From contig JAYWIR010000029.1 in the NCBI GenBank assembly GCA_036172245.1, positions 1,054,001 to 1,118,000 on the forward strand: 64,000 nt of DNA, read 5' to 3'. The notes beneath the pieces are model-generated. The model did no database searches and had not been told where the DNA came from. It saw nothing but the letters and a program-made list of their open reading frames with translations. The stretch comes from Raillietiella orientalis. Its lineage: Eukaryota. Of this stretch, positions 25,430 to 37,000 are shown in pieces. Both the position numbers and the translations under genes were made by a program. Numbering within the stretch: the stretch's first letter is position 1; the number at the start of each line of letters is the position of its first letter.

Positions 25430-25985
25430 CGAAGTGGATTCCACCACCATTCCCGGATACTCAGATACATCGAAATGATGACGGGAAGGTTCTCCCACAA
25501 GACCCGCGAAGTGTGGAAAAACCACAACAACTACGCGTGGTCCAGGGTAACCAAGAGAAATCCATGCCGCTTATAGGTATAGGGAAACGGAAACGTTCCC
25601 CTATACAACCCGATGGTTAGGACAACCATTGCCCTACTCATCACCACCATCCTAGTAAGATGGTGGAAGATGAAGACTGCCAGAGCAACCGCATCCCCCA
25701 TGGAAATCCTACGATGAGTCATCCAGGAGGAGATCGGAATCAGGAACTTTGGGAAAGTGCCTGCCTGGACCTACAGACATATCCTGAGAAGGATTGAGTG
25801 TATTGTCCAGGTACACCCAACACGTGGTCCTCCCTAGTGCAGAGCTTACCATAGTGACTCCCTAAAGTGAAAAAAAAGAAAAGTGACAGTAGAGGAACTC
25901 GAGTGTTTGGTGTGAATGAGTATGTAGTGTGAATGAAAATAATAGTAATAATAAATTTACCCCTACCCCTGTGGGATTAGGGAAA
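25430..25985 (+). mobile_element. Possible 3' terminus of a LINE (ORF2 C-terminus, 3' UTR, AATAAA, hairpin)
   Basis: Stop-interrupted frame ..REVWK..TIALLITTILVRWWK.., then a GT-rich UTR, AATAAA at 25950-25955 and a CCCTACCC..GGGATTAGGG hairpin. Confidence 0.3.
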
Positions 25986-25999
25986 ATTGAAGTCTTGGT

Positions 26000-26500
26000 T
26001 GATTTCTTGAAAGAGATACCGAAATTTCCTGTCCTTTCGCTATGGAGATGTAAAAATTGCTGCTGACAACGGTTGTCTTATTCATTATGATTAACCCTAT
26101 GCTGCAATGGGAACCGAAGGTGTGATTTCCTCTTCATTAAAGACTTCCAATCTGTGTCCGTTCTTATGCAGAATGCGATTCCACGTCGAGAAGGATTTGC
26201 ATTCCTTTAAAATCCATTGTCATGAAGAGTGATATAAAGTGTCAGCCACGCTTCCGGTCAACTTGCTCCAGGTGGTTTCCCTGGACTGCATGCAAAAGTT
26301 TGCACCAAATATCTGGTGCTTCAACATCCCATCCACAATCTGCACGAATTTCTTTCAACTTTTCTATGAAATATGACGGTAGAAGGCAAATAAAGAAGGC
26401 CATGCACCACGGTAGACTCCGGAAGTATAGAACAAAGGCAAAGAATTCTCGCAGATTACCGATTAGCAATGATAAACAGATAGACCGGTGAACACTAGTG
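26000..26500 (+). mobile_element. Decayed RT fragment (AT-rich copy)
   Basis: VVLFIMINPM (LLF.L.IEPL-like), VRSYAECDST (YADD-like), LHQISGASTS (F..ISG..N-like). Confidence 0.3.
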
Positions 26501-27049
26501 AAACAGCCAAGAGCCAAAAAACGAATATTAAGTAAATTAATACGACGGCAAATAATCCAAACAAGAGAACATGCAAGTATCATAATTAACCACTCTCTCT
26601 CTCTCTCGGGAAAACCGTTAACCCGTAGGAGAGTCAAAATCCCCTTGTCTCCTTCTTTGCAAGGCTCCGTCAATCCATTCGATGATTTTTGAGGAGTCCC
26701 TACCCCTTAAAGAAACGAAAATAAACCGGATTCTATCCCTCGACGATAAACTTTCGACGGCGCCCGTTTTTTCTGAAATTCTACACTTTCAGCAACTGGA
26801 GTATTCACTCTTTGTCCATCAATGCAGCAACATGGCATTCAAATTTGCGATCGGGGATTGGGAAACCTCAATCGGGGAACAAGCTCCTGAATGGGGAGGA
26901 TGATTTCAAACACATCTCTCAAATACCTCAGAACACGGTCAGTTTTCTTAATGTATGATTTCTGGCTGAGAGTTTCTTCCTCCCTTCACCAGAACTTTCC
27001 ATCTTCGTCCATAATCCCCGTAGCATGCCACTTGAACTTCTTGTAAGCA

Positions 27050-27600
27050 TCGAGAGCGCTGAGAAAGCATTCTTTTTGACGAAGCAGAGATCCCGCATCT
27101 GTAAGAACGGAACTTTGCTTCAAGGAGTTCGATTCAAGTTCGATTCCCGGAGAGAGAGGCAGGCCTCTCCCCTTTCTGCTAGTCATGCTAGGAGTGGGTT
27201 TTTCTGCAGCCCTCGATTCGCTAGGCATTACTTAAAGTCGACTTTGATCTGTCGACTGTGCTTCGGAGTTTTCAAACAGCATCCTATGATTCCTGAAAGC
27301 TACATCTCTCTCTCTCGATCTTCTGTTTGTTTGGATGGTGAAGCGCTCACGAAAGTACTCGAGCACGTCCGCTGCCGTGTTTTTCCTCAAATGGCACGCA
27401 ATAACTTTCTTCCTGTTCGGCAGGCCACGTCGTCTTGGAGCCCCGAAGCCCGATTTTTCTGCAAAACCCCTTTGCACCGCTTCGCCTCCTGCGTGGAAAT
27501 CTGGCTGCTGACTTCTCGCATCTTCCTTTCCATGGTGTCTCATCATCCGACGAGACAGCATGAGATTGGTGGCGGGAGTTGGCCTATCGTCCGTCTCCTG
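27050..27600 (+). mobile_element. Decayed L1-like RT N-terminal fragment
   Basis: YISLSRSSVCLDGEALTKVLEHVRCRVFPQMARNNFLPVR resembles YRPISLLN.DYKILTKVLANRL..V.P..Q.GF.PGR. Confidence 0.4.
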
Positions 27601-29249
27601 GCACTGATCACCTTGCTGTTTCCCACATTTTTCTTGTGTTTTTTTTTTCCGCAATGCGCTAAAGCTGCTCAGTCTTCGGCAAGCGAAAGAGACTCTTGAG
27701 TTCACACAGTCTTATGAGATTCAGTTTTACACAGGAAAATGCCTCAAGAACCGGAACGGGCATCATTTTTCTCCCGTTCAGTGCATGTTTAGCTATGCTT
27801 GTTTAGCTACAGACGCTGCGGCATGCCGTAAGGGCACGAAGAAACTGCAGCATTTTGCTGTAATTTGTATTTAAAGTGATTTTGTTCTGATTTCTCCTTG
27901 CGCGCCATCTTTTCTACTTTGGTGGGCTTTGTCATTATTTGCTCAATCTTCCCTTCATTTGGTGCCTGATCCGGAAGGCGGGGTTTGATTTCTCCTCTTA
28001 AACTTCGATGTAGATTTGACGATGATTTATCCCCAGGTTCTCGGCTGAAAATCTGAGAACTTTTTCCTCCGTCGCGAAGGGCGCCACTACGGCACACCCC
28101 TGCAGCTCACGCGGAACATCTGCGTAGATGGTCGTGCAGTGGGTTCACAGAAAAGGAAGACTCGCGGAGCAACTCTGACTCCACCAGTTTTTGGTTCTTC
28201 ACCGTACCCTCCATCGATCTTTGATGAACCGGAGTTCTTCTTGGTCCTGTTATTTTTTTCCTACTGATTTCCTACATCCACACATCGCGATGCGCTAATT
28301 ACTTGTTGAGCCGTTTTGATACCTTGGAAAGGCCGTAGCTAACTGAGGAGTGTATCGGCTGATGCCGATATCCTTGAAGTAAAATGAAATAAATTCTCGA
28401 TTGCCTCACAAGAGATCCTCTTCAACTGAAATCGATCATCGTTTTCTTAGGAAATGCATCTGTAATTAAGGATTGGAAGAAGAAAAAAAAACTCCCGATT
28501 GGGAAGGATGATTGCATGCACATGTATTAAATACCTCAGAATATGACGAGTTTCCCTGACAAATGATTACATAATGCAAAGCATTACAAGTATGTCTTGG
28601 CTGATAAAAAACAGTTTGCATCTTCAGTACGTGATTTCGACTTGTGAATGAAATAGGCAGTTAATGTTGGCGACAGCTAATGTTGCAGCGGCAGTGTCAG
28701 CTGGAAGGTGGCACCATGCGGTACTTTTCATGTTCCAGCTTGAAAGAAAAAACACATGCTCAATTGAAGCACCATGGTCCATTGCCGTTCCGTTTCTCTA
28801 CCTCTTCCTCTGAATGTCTAAGAAAGCACGAACCGTTAGCCGTACGACCATTCCCTTTATGTAGAATTCACGAATTTTTCTCTATCCTGAATGAAAACTT
28901 CTAAAGGCGATCTTCAAACACGTAATCGCTGGAAACGTTTCAACATGCAGAGCTAATTGTTTCACATTTCCAAACTTTTGAAATGGATAATAACAAAGTG
29001 AGCATGAGAAGACGAAAGTGGAACGGAACGCACCAAGATTTCTAGACTTGATTAATGGGAACAAGACGTCTTGAAACGGTGCCATTCCAAATCAGGAATC
29101 TGCGACTTCTGTTTCTTCAAGATAACGCAGCATCGTAAATTCCGTTTTTCTCACATCCGAAGATCCATTGTGAACACGTTGGGGCTCTTGGAAACTGAGA
29201 AACGAGAAGAGTTTCGCACACCAGAAGGAAGAAAGAGCAAGAAGGAGAG

Positions 29250-29650
29250 ATGGGAAGAGCGAGGAAGTGTGGTTCGTCGCTTGTCGTTACGAAATTTATC
29301 CATGCTTGGTTGTGCCTTCATTTATCCTGGACGGCTTCACGCAACGGCTTGAGGCTCGCCAACAACTTTGCTTCGTCCACCGAGGAGCGTTTGCTGCCCA
29401 ACGCTTTGGCCAGCTGGTGCTTTTCACGCGCAGCTCAGGGGCCGTTTCTTCCGTTCGCCTTTGCCAGCCCGCGCCGAGCAAAAAAGCTCCAGCACTGCGT
29501 GCGAGGGTTTTTTGGGTTGCGCCAGGACTCTCGCGAGGATGCCCGTGGGATCCCGGTCTCGGGTGGGCCGAACCCTCGCTTCTTTCCGGACCCACGCGCC
29601 GTCTCTCGTTCCCAGAAATTCCAAGAGTCTTAATTTGGAAGGTGTCGCTC
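29250..29650 (+). mobile_element. Decayed L1-like ORF2 post-RT fragment
   Basis: LHLSWTASRNGLRLANNFASS..PRRAKKLQHCVRGFFG..IPVSGGPNP resembles LS..GR.L.AN..S..P..KKL..FFW..LP..GGLG. Confidence 0.45.
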
Positions 29651-31491
29651 CTCTGTCAGAATTCCGAAGTTCCATGCTGCGCACGGAGCAGCCCCTCAGC
29701 AGTGTCCAAGCTTCCTCCTGTCAAAGTTCAAGAATATATTTTCTCCAGCATCATGTATTTAACCTCGGATGATTTAATTATACATAATAGCTGGTGATTA
29801 CCTGATTGTACATTTAGCCTACCATTTTAAATGTTCGAAAGCGCAGCACCAGTCCTATTAGTTCTCAGCTTTATTCAGTCTTACGTGCCACCAAGAAATT
29901 GTATCCTCTGGATGTAATATGCAATTTTCTTTGCGCTTGCAGATGGATCTGTAATGGGCGTGCTTGTGATGTTAGCAGCAGTGATGTAACAGTAGCTGTT
30001 CCGTGTCCCAGTTACGATAGAGAGCTATTAAGGCGTTCACCGTTAACTCCAGAGAAGAGCTCGTTCCTGAGTCTGAATGAGCCCTTATTCAGGACAGGAT
30101 CCGAACGAACTTGCGGGCCCGACCGGGTTTCGCGCCGGCAAAGAATTGCGGGCCCCGACCGCAGCTCTGGCATGAGAGCCAGTCGGCTTGCTGTTTCGAG
30201 ATGTTTCGCGCGAGGACGAAGGAGCGGTCCTCGAAAGGAGGAAGCGATGGCAGCCAAGCTCGAGAGTCAAGCGGGTGGCTCTGATCAGTTTGCGTCTCTG
30301 GTCGCAGACGGGAACGCCGGCGAGACTTTGCCTCCCCCTCCCCCTCACGAAAAAGCGAGATGCTTCGTCCAGAGTCCCTTGAGAGGCTCGTGCGCACGGA
30401 CCGCGAATTCACCGTGAACCCGGCTGGCCATCAAGCTGGATGGGAGCGGCACGATCTCTCTCCTCTCCTCTCACTAGTTGCGGGATGATCCAGCTTTTCC
30501 GAGAGACCAGCTTTTTTTCCCTTCGATCGCTCTCTGAGATTTAGCTTCGGTTTCCCTTCTATCCCTAGTTGTTGGCTCGCCGTCCCGAGATTTTAGACAA
30601 GCTCTCAATCCGAGATGTCAACGCTCTTCCTGCTACGAGCAGCACGTTTCCTTACCAAGAAGGAGGGGAGCCGACAGAAACGCTTCATCCTCTTCCCAAA
30701 GGACAAACTGGTTTTCCTCGCCCTCCCTTCCCCCCCCCCCCCCCCCCCCACTATGGGAACTTCTTGTACACCGCCGCCGCTTTCCCTTTGGCACGTGCAC
30801 CGCAGTCTGTTGGACGCTGTTCTACATTCTCAAGAGTGTACAAGTCATCGGGATTCGGCGATCCCCCAAAGGCGTGTAGCGTCGCACGCCAGAAGCACAC
30901 GGCTGCGCATGGGGTGTTCCGTTGCTTCAAGTGCAGGGGGCTCTCCCTTGAAGACTTAGTCTGTTTCCCCACAGAGGTGTTTCCTCAGGAGCCAATCAAG
31001 CAGCAAGTTCAATATGCAAATTAATCGCAGGCGGCCCACCGTGACGGGGTCCATGAAAGGACCTATCCTCTTTCTCCGCACTGCCTAGCCCTCCTTTCGG
31101 ATCTCCATCTCCCCGAGGTGATTACGTTCCATGATGGTCTGTTCTTGGCGGCCTCCAGAAGATGGCTCAGATGCTAATAAGCTTTGTTTCCGTCGCAGAA
31201 AGACAAACAAACCTGCACTTTCTCCCTACAGCCGAAGCGCTGCCATTTCCTTTACCGTATCATTTGGATTCAAAGTGATTCATTAGTCCGATTAGAATTA
31301 TTGCCATTGCATAATTGGCCGATTCGTTGATTAATGGAGATGTCATCCTTGTTTTAAGAGCCGCTGCGCACATTCATCTCCTGCGGTGGAGCTTCTTATG
31401 GAGCAATTCCATTACTTCCTTTCCGGAGTCGTCATGCACGTACACACACACATTCGCCTGGTGTTACAGTAAGTATATATATAATGTACAC

Positions 31492-31611
31492 CAGTGCTTC
31501 CCAAACTTATCTGGCAAACATCCCCTTTTTCAGACAAAGTATCACTCAGCGCCCCCCTGAATCTTTCCAGAGCCCACCGGGGGGCAGTATCATCCACTTT
31601 GGAAAGCACTG
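31492..31611. mobile_element. hAT/Charlie-type MITE (120 bp)
   Basis: Terminal inverted repeats CAGTGCTTCCCAAACT / ACTTTGGAAAGCACTG. Left flank ATGTACAC fits a Charlie-type NTNTANAN target; the right-hand TSD is not conserved. Confidence 0.75.
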
Positions 31612-32036
31612 ATAATACCCACGTGTAACGATACGATACTATTTTATCAAAACTATTTCAAAAATCAATGCACTTACACTATTCTTAACTGCTCCTCACA
31701 CAGTTTAGAAACACTTTAAATTTGATTTCATAATTTCGCCCATTAATAGTATCGTATTGTAAGCAAGTAATGACACGCACCCTTCCTGCAGATGGATGCT
31801 GGATTTTCTGGCAGTGCGCGACACGCTCGTCTGCCAACACTTTCTTGACGAGACCCGTCGGCAGACTTGACCACGAATCGATTACAACTTGCATTTTGTG
31901 TGTTTATCTGGGAAACAAAGTACCTAACTACGACTTCCCATGGTACGCAACAGATGAAACTCGTACGAACGTTTTTTTTTAAAAAAATTTCATCTTCTCC
32001 TCCTCCTTTATTCTTTCATCGTCCCCTATTTTTATG

Positions 32037-32130
32037 CAACGCTCCCCAATTGCACTTGAGGCTACTATCGCCCCCCTGAATCGTCCCAGAGCCTACCAGG
32101 GGTCGGTATCGCCCACTTTGTGGAGCACTA
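32037..32130. mobile_element. Second, shorter copy of the same MITE family
   Basis: CGCCCCCCTGAATC..CCAGAGCC.ACC.GGGG..GTATC..CCACTTTG...AGCACT is shared with ~31550-31611. Degenerate left TIR CAACGCTCCCCAAT; right flank GTGTACGC. Confidence 0.65.
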
Positions 32131-34014
32131 GTGTACGCGCTGCATGTTTGTACGCTCTCGCGCGTGATGCGTACACTGTTGTCGCAAATGAGTGCGTGCG
32201 GACGCGTGAAGTTCTTGTACGCACGTGGACGTACATGTACGATGAATGCGAGTGCGTGTTTGATCCAGGGTGTTGGGGCGGCTTGGGATGCTTTACGGGA
32301 ACGCAGTCCAACGCACAGCATGGGATGCATTTGCACGGGTCACCTGGACCCGAAAACCAAACAGAAAAAAAAAACGCGGACATAACAGATGGTGATTCAG
32401 GTGAGAGTGAAAACAAACAGATGCGCAAGAACAGCCGAACAAACTGTCACGACGTGTTTGTTCACGTAGCATGCGTCTAGTAAAGCAGGAATTAATGACC
32501 TGTAGAAGCGCCGACAGATCAAAATTATTAGTCATGGCGTCCGAGTTTCAATTGCTGGAGACAAGGGCCGTCGCAGAACCTGCAAGACTGAAAAAAGAAA
32601 GAAAAAAAAGAAAGAAAGAAGGGAAAAAAGGAACGGAAGGTGAAGAAAAAAAAAAAAAAAACTCGCGCCTTCTCGAACGAACCTTGGAAAGACATTAGCA
32701 TGTAATTATTTAATTAGTTTTACCGAGAAGGCATCCCTCCATCCTTTCTCACGAGAGGTCGCTGACAATCCCATATTCGCTCGAATGCCAAATAGAACAT
32801 GCACGAAGCGATAATTTGCATCGTGTCTGTGCGATCGGCGAGGTCAGTTTCCGTACGAGGCTTTTTCTCGGGTGCCCCAGCATCACACCTTCCTCAGAGG
32901 TCCCGCGTTCCCGTTCCCGGCGGGGCTCACGTTCCGTACGCGACGCATTTCACAACGGACCCCCTCTCGCTGCTCGTTAAGACGACCATTACATTCGATA
33001 CACTTCCTGGTTCCGAAGAAGGCGGGAGGGAGGGAGAGAAGGAAGGGGGGGGGGGGGGGGGGGAAGAGAACGCCGTCTGGAGCTTTCCAGGTACCTCAAA
33101 GACTTTCCTGCTGAATGGCGGCGTTAATGCGCTCTTCCGCACGCATGCCCGGGCGGCGCAGAGCCCGTGGTTCCGTCTTGTGGATTTGCAAACGCGGAGA
33201 GAAAGTCTGCATCCATGCAAATTTCGTCTGCATCCATTGTTGGACGCGGAAGTTTATTGAACCACGGGATGACCGAACGCTGCGCAAGCGACTGCGGATG
33301 AAAAATTTCACGATCTGCTCTCCTCTTTCGGATTCCCTCCCCACTCCTCCTCCTCCTCCCAGAGCCGGCGACCCGATAACATCTGAAGTCAAATAATTGC
33401 TGTCTGCGAGAGAGCCAGGCTCTTTTACGACCGGCCTGCTTCTCAGACGACGACCACGCATCAAAGAGGGAGAGCCTGCTCCGAGGGTCCGGGCTCCGGG
33501 AGAAGAAACAACGTCCCGAGAAGGGTCTGTCGGAGGTTCGTCTCACCCCGAACCTCGAGTTAACCGCTCCCCGGGCACGCAAGTGCGTGCGCCGTGCCAC
33601 GCACGTTCGCTCGCAAGGCGCCGGAAACGGCGAATACGCGCTTCGGACCGTCCCCCCTTTTCCTCCCCCGATCCGAATGGGGAGCTCAGCGACGTCAGTC
33701 CGCCCCTAAGCGACGACGACGACAGGTGACAGCAAGCGGGAGCGGAAGGTCCACGCTTTCTGGAACGACCTGGGTCTGCAGCGCAATTTTTCCCCGAATC
33801 CGATGAGCGGTGGGGAGTAGGGAACAGGGGAGGGAGGAGGGGGTGGATTTATTTTTAACCGCAGCTTGCACACGAAGCGGGGCAAACGGGTGCATTTTCA
33901 GCTGGTGGTACACGTCGCCATTTTCACAACACGCCACTCCCAACATTCGTCTCCTCTTCCCTCTCGTCTCCTTCCTTCCTCGTTCGTCTCCTCCTTCAGC
34001 TAGCTTACTGGGAG

Positions 34015-37000
34015 TCCAGTAGCACCTTCACGTTGCCACCGGCCTGGGATGATTATTACCCTGTTATGCCGGGGCAATTATTAGGTTAAGTAACAAAATT
34101 ACATTTGCATGGTGGAACCGTTGGTTCTATCGCGCGCAACGAACCTGCCCAAGAGCGGTGAGCAGACCGGCGAGGTCCGCTTCGGCAGCGTGGGGGAAGG
34201 GGAAACAAAAACAAAACAGGTAAACAAACAAAACAGGGGAGGGGAAATTAATTGTACACGAGGAGGGGGGAGGAGAGGAAGGGATCACGGTACGCTGCCA
34301 GGCTCCCTCTGCATCCTGTCCTGAATGCTGGCAAGTTCCGATCTTGTCTCGCCCAGGTGAGGCCATCTCGAGGTGGTCTTCAGGACGATCCGCGCCCAAT
34401 GGATGGCGTCACTTCCGTTTCGGTCTCTTCTTCCCGCGTTCCAGGCCTCCGTGATCCCGCGAACACAGCAGAGAACTGCAAGGGTCGCCGCTGGAGGCAG
34501 TGCGGCACGCACGAAGAGGCATCTGAAAATGTCCCGGAGCCGCCCATCGGGCTTCCTAGGATCGTCTCAAGGCGACCCCAAACGCGTCGGAGGGCAGCAC
34601 AGTCCAACAGCAGGTGCGGGAGGGTCTCCTTCTCACATTCGTCGCACTCCCGTGGCGAAGGCGCGCTCTGCACGGGATCCTCCCATACAGCACCAGCAAC
34701 TCCGACTCCTGCAATTTGAGGGGAAGGGCGCCGCTGTTCCAGCACGCTGTGGGAGACTCTCGGGGTCGCAGCGTCTGTCACTTCCCGAGTCGCCCAAGCT
34801 CCCAGAAGTTTCCTCTTTGCTGCTATGCAACAAGTCACTTCCCAACTTGCCGGCATGCTAAAAGTCCTGTGGGTTCCTCTGTTCTCTGCTTTCCTTCTTT
34901 CTTTTTTCGGTACACCAGATACTCCCGAGCTCCTACAGGGGACATCGGAGCGCTGCTCGAAGATGCCTCCACAGGAGCTCACGGGGCTCTGAAAACACCA
35001 TCGCGCCACCTCCCTGGTTGCACAACAACACAGCCAGGGGGAAACACCGAAGCAAATTCTCTTCCCTGGCGGTCTGGGAAGGTAACCCTGGAGGGCTTCC
35101 CCGAAGGCAGCGCGCTACAGCGAACTGGAGGGAAATCCCGAGGCCCGTGGAGGTAGCTCTCAGGATGTACTTCCTGTTCTGGCTCGTCGACAAATGCATC
35201 CGGTCTCCAGCGCTCACGAGCATCACTTGGGTGAGGCACCAGCACCCTGCAGGGGGGCGCGAAACGCACGACGCGCCCACTCTCGGCGTCGAGTCCTCCG
35301 TGGAGATTCGTACCCGCGACGCTCGGTGTCGCACGCAAGGAAGCCATGAGACCGTCAACGCGAGGTTTATGCCTTCTGGGTGTTTCCCGCACCTGCACGC
35401 GGTCGTCGATCTTCTTACAGATGGACATCGGTGCGCCTTCCTGCAGTTCCCTTTGAATCAGCCCTTTGGCTGAGCACCGTGCGCACCGAGACAAAGAATA
35501 GGTGGAGCCATGTTCCTCTTTGCCTCAGAGCGGTGGTAGCTCCCCGGAAGCCTTGGGAAGGTGGGATACTGATTGGGTACTGATTGGTTCCAACTAGCAA
35601 TAATTGGTACTTCTCCTCCTCCGCTGATGTCTCTGTCCCAACCCCTCCCCTTTCCTCCCCCTGCCAAGCAGGATCGGCCGTGAGCCGTTTCGCGAGTGCC
35701 TGAGAGTCCGAGTGCCGGGAATCGGAGGCTGGGGCTGGAGGCGTCGCCGTTCTCGCCTCCTTCGTAAGGAGGTTGGACGAGCGCCCACGGTGGATCCTGG
35801 TGGCGCGGAAAATTTCTGCAGCCGTTGCCGCCGCAGCCTTCCTTGAGAACTGCTGACTGCAAGACGCCGCCGCCTTGCCGCCCGCCTAGGGAGGTCGGAC
35901 GAGCGCCCACGGCGGTCCCTGGTGGCGCGGAAAGTTTCTGCGGCCGCCGTTACAGACTTTAGGACTGGCTTTGAGCAGCAGAATCGCTGAAAAAGCCTCA
36001 AGTGGTCACCTGTCCGACCGGTAAGCCGTCCTCGGGGGCAGCCTGTCCGGGAAGGCAGCCTCCTCGTAGGGCCTCGTCCGGCTGCTACAGCGTGGTTCGT
36101 CCTTTTCCCATTTTCTGCGCGAGCCGTCGCATCTGCCATCCACTCCGCGACCGGAAACGTGGAGCTCTCCTGTGGGAAGCGAGTTTCCCATCGGGAAAGC
36201 CGGTGGGAGTAGCGCCCCACAGCTTCGGGATCGATCGCGGGTTCTCGTCCCCGGGGCTCGGACGCGGTCCGACGCGTCGCCGGGACACTTCCCGGAGGCG
36301 CCGGAAGGGACCAGCGCCCCTCCGGGTGATGTGTGCATCGCTGACTGCTGCTCCTTCTCCTCTGCGCTCTCGAGGCTGCCCCTCAGGGCGGAGAATTCCT
36401 AGCGCGTCGCCTCGCTCCGTGGGCGGCGATCCTGACTCACCGCTTTTTCGCCTCGCGACCCATGGGCATCCCTGAATCCGCCGAATCATCGCGGATCCAT
36501 AAATCGGCGGAAGGCACTCCTCCGTCGCCTGGGTTTCCCCCAGTCGGCTCTTGGACGGGAAGGGAGGTTTGCTCTCGGCTGCAGGACGCATTCCAGCGCT
36601 ACTGCAGCGGGGAAGGCGGCGAAGGTGCTTCCTTTAGATCTTCCGGAGCCTGGCGCCTCCCGCCGGGAAGGAGCAGGGCCGGGACCCAGGTGCCGAGGAC
36701 TCCTTCCTCCGCCCTCTCCTCGCGGCACCTTCCCAGCGACTGCTCCAGGCAGCGCTCCTGAGAGGGCCGCGGTATGAGCGTGAAGCAGACCGGAAGGGTG
36801 GGGAATGTCGGTGAGGAGGAAAAAAAAGCGGTCCAGGGAGGCTTGCAGGATGATCCGAGCGTCTAGATGAGAAAATTTTCTCAATCATCTCAGGCTGCCT
36901 CCGCCCACCCCTTGGACCCGGCAGGGGAGGGAGAAGCGCGTGCCGTTCCCTCTCCTACCCTCCTCTCCCCTTGCTTACCGGAAGGCTCCTCTGGTAGCCT
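34015..37000 (-). mobile_element. Decayed L1/Tx1-like LINE (endonuclease end to zf-RVT and 3' end); same family as 10.5-11.4 kb
   Basis: QASLDRFFFL (SRLDRF-like) at ~36.8 kb, weak RT relics at 36.0-36.3 kb, GGL at ~35.3 kb, CDECEKETLPHLLLDCAALRRVW (zf-RVT) at ~34.6 kb. Direct nucleotide similarity to the 10.6-11.1 kb copy. Confidence 0.7.
35740..35950. repeat. Local direct duplication, 122-bp offset
   Basis: GGAGGTYGGACGAGCGCCCACGGYGG..CCTGGTGGCGCGGAAARTTTCTGCRGCCG starts at both 35768 and 35890. Confidence 0.85.

Noticed and set aside
30569..31024. Zinc-knuckle protein (CFKC)
   Set aside because: His/Cys spacing is incomplete; at best a further eroded ORF1 relic, too weak to call.
34055..34072. 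Near match to the I-SceI site (ATTACCCTGTTAT..)
   Set aside because: 15/18 match inside a motif that has a diverged homologue at 10.5 kb, with no vector sequence nearby; probably chance.
32927..35494. RRNHG and RCARC motifs suggesting a DM domain
   Set aside because: They are in separate ORFs 2 kb apart and lack the remaining Cys/His pattern.
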